Assembly (NCBI GenBank): GCA_046757665.1
Contig: JBHHYO010000027.1
Span: 1-30,791 of the forward strand
Length of the DNA: 30,791 nt
DNA from: Nitrospinales bacterium
GTDB lineage: Bacteria; Nitrospinota; Nitrospinia; Nitrospinales; JAJDAT01
Reading direction: 5' to 3'
The notes beneath the pieces are model-generated. The model did no database searches and was not told the origin of the DNA. It saw only the letters and a program-made list of their open reading frames with translations. The translations under genes and the position numbers were made by a program. Positions 17,607 to 25,628 of the stretch are shown here, piece after piece; position 1 is the stretch's first letter, and every line of letters starts with the position of its first letter.

Positions 17607-18520
17607 TTTTTCACCTCGGAAATCACAAACTGGTTGACGGCCAGCAGGCTTCCCAGCCAGCCGATGAACATGCTTGTAAAAATCATGAGGACAACCAGGG
17701 GAAAGGAAATAAACTGGACGCTCAACCCTTTCAGAAGGGAATGGATCGTTTCCTCAAACTGGAATTTCATGTACAGGTGAATGCACTTGACCATGATGAC
17801 GGCCATCAAGGCGCCCAGGAGACCCTGGATTGCCCCTTCTATCAGAAAGGGCACTTTGATGAAACTCGGCCGGGCGCCAATAAGGTACATCAACTCAATT
17901 TCATCTTTTCGGGAATAAATGGATAATTTGATGGTATTGGAAACAATCAGCACTAACCCCAGGCTCAACAGTCCGCCGACGGCGAAAAGAAACAAGCGCA
18001 TGAAAACCATAAATGTTTCAAATCTGGAGATCCACTTTTCGCCGTACTCCAGCGATTCGACGCCGCTTTGCTTCTCAAGTACCGCGGCGAACCGGCGGAT
18101 GGACTCCAGGCGATCGGAGGAATTTTTGAACTGCAGGTTGAACGAGGCCGGAAGCGGATTAAATTCCAGGCTCTGTAAAATTTCGGCCTTGCCGGAAAAG
18201 GTCTTTTTAAATTTGTCCCAAGCCATTTTCCGGGACACAAAGGTACTGGACTCTATATCCGGGTTTTCGGCAATCAGGTTTTCGAGGCGCGTTCGATCCG
18301 CCTTGGAGAGATTATCCTGCAAATAAATAACAAGTTGCACCTGGCGGTTCCAGGTCGTCAACAAGACGTTGAGGTTGACAAGAACCAGAAGAAACAATCC
18401 CAATATGGAAAACGCCGCGGTAATCGTGGCAACCGAGACCAGGCTGGTTTCCCGGTTGGAACGGATATTTGAGGAGGTGCTCCGGACGGCTCTAAGAAAA
18501 AATTGCAATGTTTGATTCAC
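17603..18520 (-). CDS. ftsX: Cell division permease FtsX
   Basis: NPLPASF, YGEKWI, SNTIKLSIYSRKDEIELMYLIGA, PFLIEG; GTGA overlap with ftsE. Confidence 0.95.
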   Translation of the reverse strand: MNQTLQFFLRAVRSTSSNIRSNRETSLVSVATITAAFSILGLFLLVLVNLNVLLTTWNRQVQLVIYLQDNLSKADRTRLENLIAENPDIESSTFVSRKMAWDKFKKTFSGKAEILQSLEFNPLPASFNLQFKNSSDRLESIRRFAAVLEKQSGVESLEYGEKWISRFETFMVFMRLFLFAVGGLLSLGLVLIVSNTIKLSIYSRKDEIELMYLIGARPSFIKVPFLIEGAIQGLLGALMAVIMVKCIHLYMKFQFEETIHSLLKGLSVQFISFPLVVLMIFTSMFIGWLGSLLAVNQFVISEVKK

Positions 18521-19173
18521 GATGTCACCACTCTTCCTCGGTTGAGGCCGACGACCCGATGGTTCCCGGCGTCCAGCATTTCCCGGCTGTGGGTGGCAAA
18601 AATAACCGTCGTACCTTGTTGGTTGGCCTTTTCAAACATTCGGAGGATTTCAATGGCAATAGTGGGGTCCAGGTTTCCGGTCGGTTCGTCAGCCAGGAGA
18701 ATCGCCGGCGAATTGACCATCGCCCTGGCAATGGCAACGCGCTGTTGCTCGCCGCCGGAAAGCTCCAGTGGATAGGAGTCTTTCTTGTGGGTCAATCCCA
18801 CTTTTTTAAGCGCTTCCCATGTTTTGTAGCGAATGGAATCCGGTGGAGTTTCCAGGATTTCCTGGGCGAAAGCGACATTTTCAAAAACGGTTTTGTGGGA
18901 AAGCAATTTGTAATCCTGAAACACGACGCCGATTTTCCGCCTCAGGGCATAGAGGTTTTTTTCCTTGATTTTGAGGATATTAATACCGTGAACAATGATC
19001 TGCCCCCGGTCGAATTTTTCCCATAGATACAGGATTTTCAACAGGGTGGACTTGCCGGCGCCGCTGGGCCCGGTCAGAAAAACAAACTCCCCCGCCTTGA
19101 TATCCATGGAGACATCAACTAAAGCCGGGGAATTTCCTCCATACGTTTTGTAAACGTCGTAAATTTTAATCAT
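18517..19173 (-). CDS. ftsE: Cell division ATP-binding protein FtsE
   Basis: GPSGAGKST, VFQDYKLL, LSGGEQQRVAIARA, ADEPTGNLD, ATH. Confidence 0.96.
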   Translation of the reverse strand: MIKIYDVYKTYGGNSPALVDVSMDIKAGEFVFLTGPSGAGKSTLLKILYLWEKFDRGQIIVHGINILKIKEKNLYALRRKIGVVFQDYKLLSHKTVFENVAFAQEILETPPDSIRYKTWEALKKVGLTHKKDSYPLELSGGEQQRVAIARAMVNSPAILLADEPTGNLDPTIAIEILRMFEKANQQGTTVIFATHSREMLDAGNHRVVGLNRGRVVTS

Positions 19174-19530
19174 GCCGCCGTCGGGTTATTAGAGGCGATC
19201 AGGAAACGTGATGGGAAGCGCAAATCTTTGTCCGGTCATTTGGTTTGGGTGGGAATGACAACGGAAACCAAACCTTCTTTTGCAAAATCGGAGAGACGGA
19301 AAACATCTCAATTAGTTTGCTCAAGGTGTTTATTATAACCTATAATTTATCCTGGTAAAAACGAAAGATCGGTTTTCAAACGAACGGTTGGACCTTGCAT
19401 CACTTCCCCGGCAAATGTTTTTTCCGCTCTGTGAAAGGGCCATCGTCCAACAACCAAAACTTGAAGTTTTCTTCCGGAAAAAACGGGGCAAGCGGCTCAT
19501 GAAAGACCAAAGCCCCGCGGGTAAATCCAC

Positions 19531-20214
19531 ATGGTCCATCATACACGCAAAGAACTGCTCGATAAAATAGCCGACGCCGAAGATAATGCCAGCTTGACCG
19601 GGCTGGATTTATCCGGTCTCGATTTATCGGAAATTGATTTCCACGAGGCGAATCTCACCATTTCCAACTTGAGCCGCGCCAATCTGCGGGGAGCAAGCTT
19701 GGCGGGCGCCAACCTGAGCGGGACCAACCTTACGGAATCCGATCTCCGGGGAGCAGACCTCAGAAAAGCAAATTTGATGGGCGCCAACCTGAACAAAGCG
19801 ATTCTGGGCGGCGCTTATTTTACTTTTAAGCGTTGGCCTTTCCTTTTGAGAACCAAGGTCGAGGATGCGGATTTCAGCGGCGTGGATTTTTCGGAAGCCG
19901 ACCTGACGGGTTTGGATTTTTCCGGGGCGGACCTCAGCCTGGGTATTTTCAAAAATGCCAAAATGGCCGGGGCCAATATCAACACGGCCATTACCAAGGG
20001 AGCCGATTTTTCGGAAACCGATCTTTCTAAAATCGAGTCACCCAAAAAATCCGCTGTTCGGACGAAAAAGACAAAAAAAAGCCACAAACCTAAAACCAAA
20101 AAATCGGGCAAGACCGCAACAAAATCCACGGTCAATAAAACCGGGGAAAAAACCGCCAAGATGAAAACCGCAGGGAAGAAAAAAAAACTCAAAAGTAAAA
20201 CCAAACCCGGTTAA
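19531..20214 (+). CDS. Pentapeptide-repeat protein with Lys-rich C-terminal tail
   Basis: A(D/N)Lxx repeats (ANLRG ASLAG ANLSG TNLTE SDLRG ADLRK...) followed by about 55 aa rich in K/T/S. Confidence 0.9.
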   Translation: MVHHTRKELLDKIADAEDNASLTGLDLSGLDLSEIDFHEANLTISNLSRANLRGASLAGANLSGTNLTESDLRGADLRKANLMGANLNKAILGGAYFTFKRWPFLLRTKVEDADFSGVDFSEADLTGLDFSGADLSLGIFKNAKMAGANINTAITKGADFSETDLSKIESPKKSAVRTKKTKKSHKPKTKKSGKTATKSTVNKTGEKTAKMKTAGKKKKLKSKTKPG

Positions 20215-20236
20215 AACCTTATGCTAAACTATCGTT

Positions 20237-20944
20237 ATGAACCAGATGCTCAAAGTCTTTGCCATACTGTTATTTGCCACGTTTTTGTTTCAAAGCTCCA
20301 TCAATTACATGGCAAATAACATTGGTGATTTCGAAAATGTCGCTCTTCCGCCCAAGAAGGTGGAAAAGTACCGAACCACCCATCCCATCATGAAAATCGA
20401 CGCCAAGGACCGCGACGCATGGACGCTGGTGGCCCTCACAACGGGCGAAACCCATCGGGTCGCCAACCTGGAAAGGCACAAGGAGAAATTGAACGAGTTC
20501 AAATGGGATCTTGGATTTTCCCGCACCAAAATCGTCAGCAACAGCGGCCTCACCAATCCACAAGGCACTGTCGGCATCATCAATCTCGGCCCGGTCGATT
20601 TCGATTCGGTGACGGAAGCTCCGGAAAGCGGCTATGTTCAAGATGCCAAAGCCTGGGGCAATGTAACCAACAAAGCCATCAGCGATTGGTATAACTATCG
20701 GACGCGAACTCACAACATTGAGTCGAAAAAAAACGTCTATGTAGTGCGGACCTCGGATCACCGCTACGTCAAGATGAAAATTATCAATTACTACTGCAAA
20801 CGTGCAGAATCCGATTGCGCCTCGATCATGTGTACGCGCCAGGATGCCGCTTGTTTAACCATCGAATATGTTTCGCAGCCTGACGGCAGTCGGTTTTTTC
20901 CGTCTCCGAAAAACATGCTCGCGGAAAAAGCGTCGCTTCATTGA
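20237..20944 (+). CDS. HmuY-family heme-binding protein
   Basis: WDLGFSRTKIVSNSG, WYNYRTRTHNI, VYVVRTSD-RYVKMKIINYY match HmuY-like motifs; N-terminal hydrophobic helix. Confidence 0.8.
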   Translation: MNQMLKVFAILLFATFLFQSSINYMANNIGDFENVALPPKKVEKYRTTHPIMKIDAKDRDAWTLVALTTGETHRVANLERHKEKLNEFKWDLGFSRTKIVSNSGLTNPQGTVGIINLGPVDFDSVTEAPESGYVQDAKAWGNVTNKAISDWYNYRTRTHNIESKKNVYVVRTSDHRYVKMKIINYYCKRAESDCASIMCTRQDAACLTIEYVSQPDGSRFFPSPKNMLAEKASLH

Positions 20945-21690
20945 AGTATTTCTTTCAGTTCGTCGTTTTGATGCTCATTCTCTCCGCCTGCGGAGATCGG
21001 CTGGCGGACATGGTTTTGATTCCGGCGGGTGAGTTTCGGCTGGGGATGGTTTCGACGAAGAACCTTCCGCAATTTTTGCCCGACTCCGCCGCCAACGGCA
21101 ATGCCCAGCCTCTGCAAAGCTATTCCGTCGAGGCCTTTTATATTGATGCCCACGAAGTGACGTATCAACAGTTCATGCAATTCAAACCGCAAGCCAGATA
21201 TCAGGGCGGCAGGCCTTCGGAGCCAATGCGCGGCGTCAACTGGTACGAGGCGGATGCCTATTGCCTGTGGGCGGGCAAGCGTTTGCCAACAGAGTTTGAA
21301 TGGGAAAAAGCGGCGCGGGGACATGATGAACGTTTGTTTACCTGGGGAAATGAGTTTCACGAAAATAACGCGAATTTTGGGAAAACCGTCCGGCCGGTCG
21401 GCAGTTTCGAAAAAGATAAAAGCCCGTTCGCCGTGTACGACATGAACGGCAATGTCTCTGAATGGACCGCCAGTTCTTACGCACCCTACCCTGGCTCACA
21501 ATACGCGGATAAAAATTTCGGCAAAAACTTGAAAGTTATCCGTGGTGGTTCGTTTTACAAAAGGCGGCACGGATTCATGAAGGAATTTGTCATGTTGCCG
21601 CACCGTAACTCTGCCCCGCCCGCCATGCGCCTGGCGGATACCGGGTTCCGTTGCGCCAGGTCCGCGCCAAAATCCGCCGAAGCGCAATAA
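20941..21690 (+). CDS. FGE-sulfatase-fold (SUMF1/EgtB/PvdO) lipoprotein
   Basis: Lipobox LSAC, IPAGEF, FYIDAHEVT, RLPTEFEWEKAARG, DMNGNVSEW, RGGSF, TGFRCA; TTGA overlap with the HmuY gene. Confidence 0.92.
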   Translation: MKYFFQFVVLMLILSACGDRLADMVLIPAGEFRLGMVSTKNLPQFLPDSAANGNAQPLQSYSVEAFYIDAHEVTYQQFMQFKPQARYQGGRPSEPMRGVNWYEADAYCLWAGKRLPTEFEWEKAARGHDERLFTWGNEFHENNANFGKTVRPVGSFEKDKSPFAVYDMNGNVSEWTASSYAPYPGSQYADKNFGKNLKVIRGGSFYKRRHGFMKEFVMLPHRNSAPPAMRLADTGFRCARSAPKSAEAQ

Positions 21691-21779
21691 GCGGAATCTT
21701 CAAAAACAGCAAAACAAGAATTTGGGGATTGCGGCAAAAGTCTGTTGCACAAGCTTTGGATTTCTCCTATAATAAGGCA

Positions 21780-21792
21780 ATTCAACAAGTTA
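21780..21792 (+). promoter_or_regulatory. IHF-like site
   Basis: ATTCAACAAGTTA, one mismatch to WATCAANNNNTTR, about 90 bp upstream of the sigma54 element. Confidence 0.45.
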
Positions 21793-21882
21793 CAATCCGG
21801 GTTTATCGTGACGAAGAAGCCGGGAACCGCAAACAATATTTAGGCCATCACCGACCCTAAAAAAGTGATACCTAAAATTGTT

Positions 21883-21898
21883 TGGTACAATGATTGCT
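21883..21898 (+). promoter_or_regulatory. Sigma54 (-24/-12) promoter
   Basis: TGGTACAATGATTGCT matches TGGYAC-N5-TTGCW with exact GG-N10-GC spacing; intergenic and oriented toward 22025. Confidence 0.75.
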
Positions 21899-22024
21899 TA
21901 TTTCAAAGGCAAACGAGAAACCGTTGCAAATTTGACGTTTGAGCCACAAGATCGCAAACAAGCCGATATCAAATAAATTGAAAAATTTATCCGACAAGCT
22001 ATTCAATTTGCCGTTAAACTAAAA

Positions 22025-22492
22025 ATGATCGCAAAATTTATCAAAAAAACGCCAACATCTGTCAGGGGCTTGTTTGCGGCGTTAATTGTACCGTTTTTGC
22101 TGTTCCCCTTTTATCATTTCCACCCTTACAGCGCACACGGCCACCCGGGGCAGTTGCAGTTGCATGTGCACCAGGGGCACTTTCATTCAGAAGTTATGGA
22201 AGGCTTGGCCCATTTAGCCCGATTCCATCCATCGAATCCGAATCTGGATGAGCCGTTTCATCAATCCCATTCCTTGCCCGAACACGACTCGGATGATTCG
22301 GAGTTTTATACTCACTCCACCAACGCACCTCCCATCAAATTCGATTTTGCTTCCAAGCAACTTGTCAATTTCATCTTTTTTAAAATTCCTCAACCCCCGA
22401 TTTTTTACTCTTCCATGTTTGAGGTTTCAGTCCCTGAGGCGTTAAACCTCTTCGGCTCTCGTTCGCAACGAGCTCCTCCTCTTCTGATTTAA
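22025..22492 (+). CDS. His-rich membrane-anchored/exported protein with C-terminal RAPP motif (CzcI/DUF2946-like leader)
   Basis: Basic N-terminus plus hydrophobic helix, 14 His including four HxH, no Cys, ends SQRAPPLLI; directly upstream of czcC. Confidence 0.8.
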   Translation: MIAKFIKKTPTSVRGLFAALIVPFLLFPFYHFHPYSAHGHPGQLQLHVHQGHFHSEVMEGLAHLARFHPSNPNLDEPFHQSHSLPEHDSDDSEFYTHSTNAPPIKFDFASKQLVNFIFFKIPQPPIFYSSMFEVSVPEALNLFGSRSQRAPPLLI

Positions 22493-22561
22493 TTTTCCAG
22501 ATTCACAATCGCCGGCGGCCCTGGTTCCAGGTTTTTAAACCCTTTACAAGTAATCCGCCCG

Positions 22562-22632
22562 TCCAATCATTACCGAATTGTAATGTTCCGACAATGCTTC
22601 GGTAAGGATGGCGAACGCATATTGTAATCATA
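22562..22632 (+). promoter_or_regulatory. Metal-response regulator promoter block, copy 1 (CopR/CusR/CzcR-box-like)
   Basis: Palindrome CATTAC-N6-GTAATG (22568-22585), 11-bp-phased half sites at 22580/22591/22602, -10-like TGTAAT at 22623; 64/71 identical to 28792-28862. Confidence 0.75.
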
Positions 22633-22726
22633 GGACAACTTTAATTTTATGCGCTTTTTTTACCAGTGTGCACATCGGCCGCTTACGGCAAAAACAGAAT
22701 ACGTATATTTATTGAAGGTTATTATC

Positions 22727-24079
22727 ATGAAGAGAATCATTAGACTTATCACGACATTCAGCTTGATTTTCTCGGCCTTGACACCAATTCCTGGTTTTGT
22801 GGAGGCCGCTCAAAATCCCATAGTTGAAATCCCAAAAGACTCCGCCGGACAAATTACTTTGCGCAATATGGAATCCACCGAACCCATCACCCTGCGCGAA
22901 GCTGTTGCCCTGGCATTGGTCAAAAATCCGGAGTTGCAGGCGTTTGACCAGGAAATCCGCGCACGAGAGGCAAACATCATCCAAGCCGGCCTCCTGCCCA
23001 ACCCAACGCTTGACGCGACGAATGAAAATTTTGCCGGGCAGAGGGCATTCAGCGGTTTCCGGCAGTCGCAAACCACCATAGCCTTGAGCCAGGTCATCCT
23101 GCTCGGCGGCAAAAGAGCCAAGCGAGTCCGCGTCGCTTCGTTTTCAAAAGACCTGGCGCAATGGGATTACGAAACCAAGCGCATGGATGTCCTTACCCAG
23201 GTAGCCCAAGCGTTCGCCGACGTCCTGGGCGCCCAACAGCAACTTCAGCTCATGCAGGATTTGGTGCGTCTCGCGGGACGGGTTCACCAAGCTGTTTCCG
23301 AACGGGTAAAGGCGGGAAAGGTTTCGCCCATTGAAAAAACCAGGGCTCAAGTCGCCCTTTCATCCACTCGCATCGAGCGGCAACGCGCCCAGCGGGAATT
23401 GAAGGCGGCCCGCAAAAGGCTGGCGTCCACCTGGGGGAGCACTACTCCTCGATTTAAATCGGCACGAGGGAATCTCTCGTCCATCTCGCCAATCCCTTCC
23501 CTGGAGTCCCTGAATCATCGCGTATCAAACAACCCGGATATGGCTCGCTGGGCCACGGAAATCGCCCAGCGAGAGGCGGTTGTCGACAATGAAAAAGCCA
23601 AGGCCATCCCGAACATCACCCTGACGGGCGGTTACCAGCGTATGGGGCAAACAAGCGACAACGGCCTTATCGTCGGATTTTCCATCCCACTGATGATCTT
23701 CAACCGCAATCAGGGGGCTATCCAGGAAGCCTCTTCCAGAGTGTCCAAGGCCGAAACAAACCGCAGAGCCACCAAGGTTCGGGTGACCACGGCGTTGGCA
23801 CAAGCTTATCAGGCGCTTGCTTTTGCCCATTCCCAGGCGGTCACCTTAAGGGATGAAGTCCTCCCTGGAGCCAAAAGCGCCTTTGACGCCATTAACGAGG
23901 GCTATTTCTTCGGGAAATTTCCCTTCCTCAACGTATTGGACAGCCAACGCACCTTTTTCCAGGCCAAGGCTCAATATGTTCGCGCGCTGACCGACTACCA
24001 TAAAGCGGTCGCGGGCGTGGAGCGACTAATCGGCGGCCCGTTGAACGGACAACGAAGATTTCAATCGACGTCGAATTAG
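22727..24079 (+). CDS. czcC: CzcC/TolC-family outer membrane efflux protein
   Basis: Signal peptide from ATG 22727 (GAAGG RBS), LREAVALALVKNPEL, AGLLPNP, FNRNQG, GKFPFLNVLDSQR, VERLIG. Confidence 0.92.
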   Translation: MKRIIRLITTFSLIFSALTPIPGFVEAAQNPIVEIPKDSAGQITLRNMESTEPITLREAVALALVKNPELQAFDQEIRAREANIIQAGLLPNPTLDATNENFAGQRAFSGFRQSQTTIALSQVILLGGKRAKRVRVASFSKDLAQWDYETKRMDVLTQVAQAFADVLGAQQQLQLMQDLVRLAGRVHQAVSERVKAGKVSPIEKTRAQVALSSTRIERQRAQRELKAARKRLASTWGSTTPRFKSARGNLSSISPIPSLESLNHRVSNNPDMARWATEIAQREAVVDNEKAKAIPNITLTGGYQRMGQTSDNGLIVGFSIPLMIFNRNQGAIQEASSRVSKAETNRRATKVRVTTALAQAYQALAFAHSQAVTLRDEVLPGAKSAFDAINEGYFFGKFPFLNVLDSQRTFFQAKAQYVRALTDYHKAVAGVERLIGGPLNGQRRFQSTSN

Positions 24080-24087
24080 GAGAAACC

Positions 24088-25611
24088 ATGCCCATCAAAA
24101 AATCGATCATGATAATTTCCCCAATCCTGCTGGCCGGAGGATTTGTCTTCGCATTGGTTGCGTCAAACAATCCGGCGCTACCTCCGAAAAGTGCCCCTGT
24201 TGAAGTCGATCGCAGGGATCATAAGGAACACGATGAGAACGAGGACCAACATGAACATGATGAAGAGGGAGGGCATGACGGCCGTGCTGAAAAAATCGTC
24301 CGCCTCAGCCGCGAGGAGATGATCGAGTTTGGAATTGAGGTTAAAACTGCGGGGCCTGGAAAATTAGATACCTATGTGAGTCTCCCCGGAGAAATCAAAG
24401 TCAATGCGGACCGGTTCGCGCATATTGTCCCCCGGGTGTCCGGAGTTGTTCTTGAAGTTCGAAAAAACCTTGGAAACCACGTCAAAGCCGGCGAAATCAT
24501 GGCGATTTTGGAAAGCGCCGAGCTAGGCAGGGCCAAAACCGAATACTTCCAAGGCAGACAACAACTCGATATCGCCGAAACCGACCAGAGACGCGCACAA
24601 ACCATCCATGACAATACTCTCCGGTTACTGAAACTTCTCAAGGAGTTTCCCGACCCGGAAGTGGTGCTCAAGAAAACCGTGGGTCTGGATATGGGCAAAA
24701 ACCGAAGCCGCCTTATTTCTACTTACACCCGCTTCCTGCTGACGAGAGAAACTTACAAACGCGAGAAAAAGCTGTATGAAAAAAAGATTTCCAGCCAGGC
24801 GGAATTTCTGATTGCGAAAAGCGAGTACAAAAGCGCCCAAGCGGGGTATCTGGCGGCCTATGACGAGGTTTCATTCAACATCAAAAGAAGTCTGCTCGAA
24901 AAAAATCGAGCCATAAAAGTAGCCGACACCGCTATGCAGGCGGCGGAACGCAACCTCCGTGTCCTGGGAGTCACCAACGAAGAACTGGCGAAATTAAAAG
25001 ATGAAGACTCCTCCGAGTCCTCGGTCACACTCGTTGAGATGCGCGCACCCATTGAGGGTACGGTGATTGAAAAACATATCACGCTGGGAGAGGTGCTCCA
25101 GCAGGATGCCAAGGCCTTCGTCATCGCCGACCTGAGTTCCGTATGGGTTGACCTGAAGGTTTATCAAAAGGACTTGCCCTTGATCCGCGAAGGCTTGAAC
25201 GTAATGATTTCCGCCGGTTCCGGAGTGCCTGACGCCAAGGGAAAGATTTTCTATGTGAGATCGCTTGTCGGCGAGAAAACCCGCACTGCCCTGGCTCGTG
25301 TCATTCTTCAAAATCCGGACAGGCTTTGGCGCCCGGGACTGTTTGTTAACGGAAAAGTTGCGATTGGAAACATTTCAGTTCCTCTGTTGATCCCCAGGAG
25401 CGCGCTCCAAACTATAGATGGGCAAACTGTAGTCTTCGTCAAAACAGATGAGGGTTTTCGGCCCGAACCCGTAACGATTGGAAGAACCAGCAAAGATTAC
25501 ACCGAAATAATTTCGGGAATTTCCCTGGGACAACAATATGTAGCGCGAGGCGGATTCACTTTGAAAGCCGAGCTGGCCAAGGGTGGCTTCGAGTCCGGCC
25601 ATAGTCATTAA
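24088..25611 (+). CDS. czcB: CzcB-family periplasmic adaptor (MFP), His/acid-rich N-terminus, extended hairpin
   Basis: PRVSGVV, RAPIEGTVIE, IADLSSVWV, TRTALAR, WRPGLFV, C-terminal GHSH. Confidence 0.93.
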   Translation: MPIKKSIMIISPILLAGGFVFALVASNNPALPPKSAPVEVDRRDHKEHDENEDQHEHDEEGGHDGRAEKIVRLSREEMIEFGIEVKTAGPGKLDTYVSLPGEIKVNADRFAHIVPRVSGVVLEVRKNLGNHVKAGEIMAILESAELGRAKTEYFQGRQQLDIAETDQRRAQTIHDNTLRLLKLLKEFPDPEVVLKKTVGLDMGKNRSRLISTYTRFLLTRETYKREKKLYEKKISSQAEFLIAKSEYKSAQAGYLAAYDEVSFNIKRSLLEKNRAIKVADTAMQAAERNLRVLGVTNEELAKLKDEDSSESSVTLVEMRAPIEGTVIEKHITLGEVLQQDAKAFVIADLSSVWVDLKVYQKDLPLIREGLNVMISAGSGVPDAKGKIFYVRSLVGEKTRTALARVILQNPDRLWRPGLFVNGKVAIGNISVPLLIPRSALQTIDGQTVVFVKTDEGFRPEPVTIGRTSKDYTEIISGISLGQQYVARGGFTLKAELAKGGFESGHSH

Positions 25612-25628
25612 AAAGGAAAAAATCTAAC

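Noticed and set aside
22562-22632. NiCo or other metal riboswitch
   Set aside because: No multi-stem junction visible; a short palindrome, 11-bp phasing and a -10 box fit a DNA operator better. Not excluded without an Rfam search.
22649-22726. Upstream ATG for czcC
   Set aside because: ATG 22727 has an RBS and begins a typical signal peptide; the extension would bury it.
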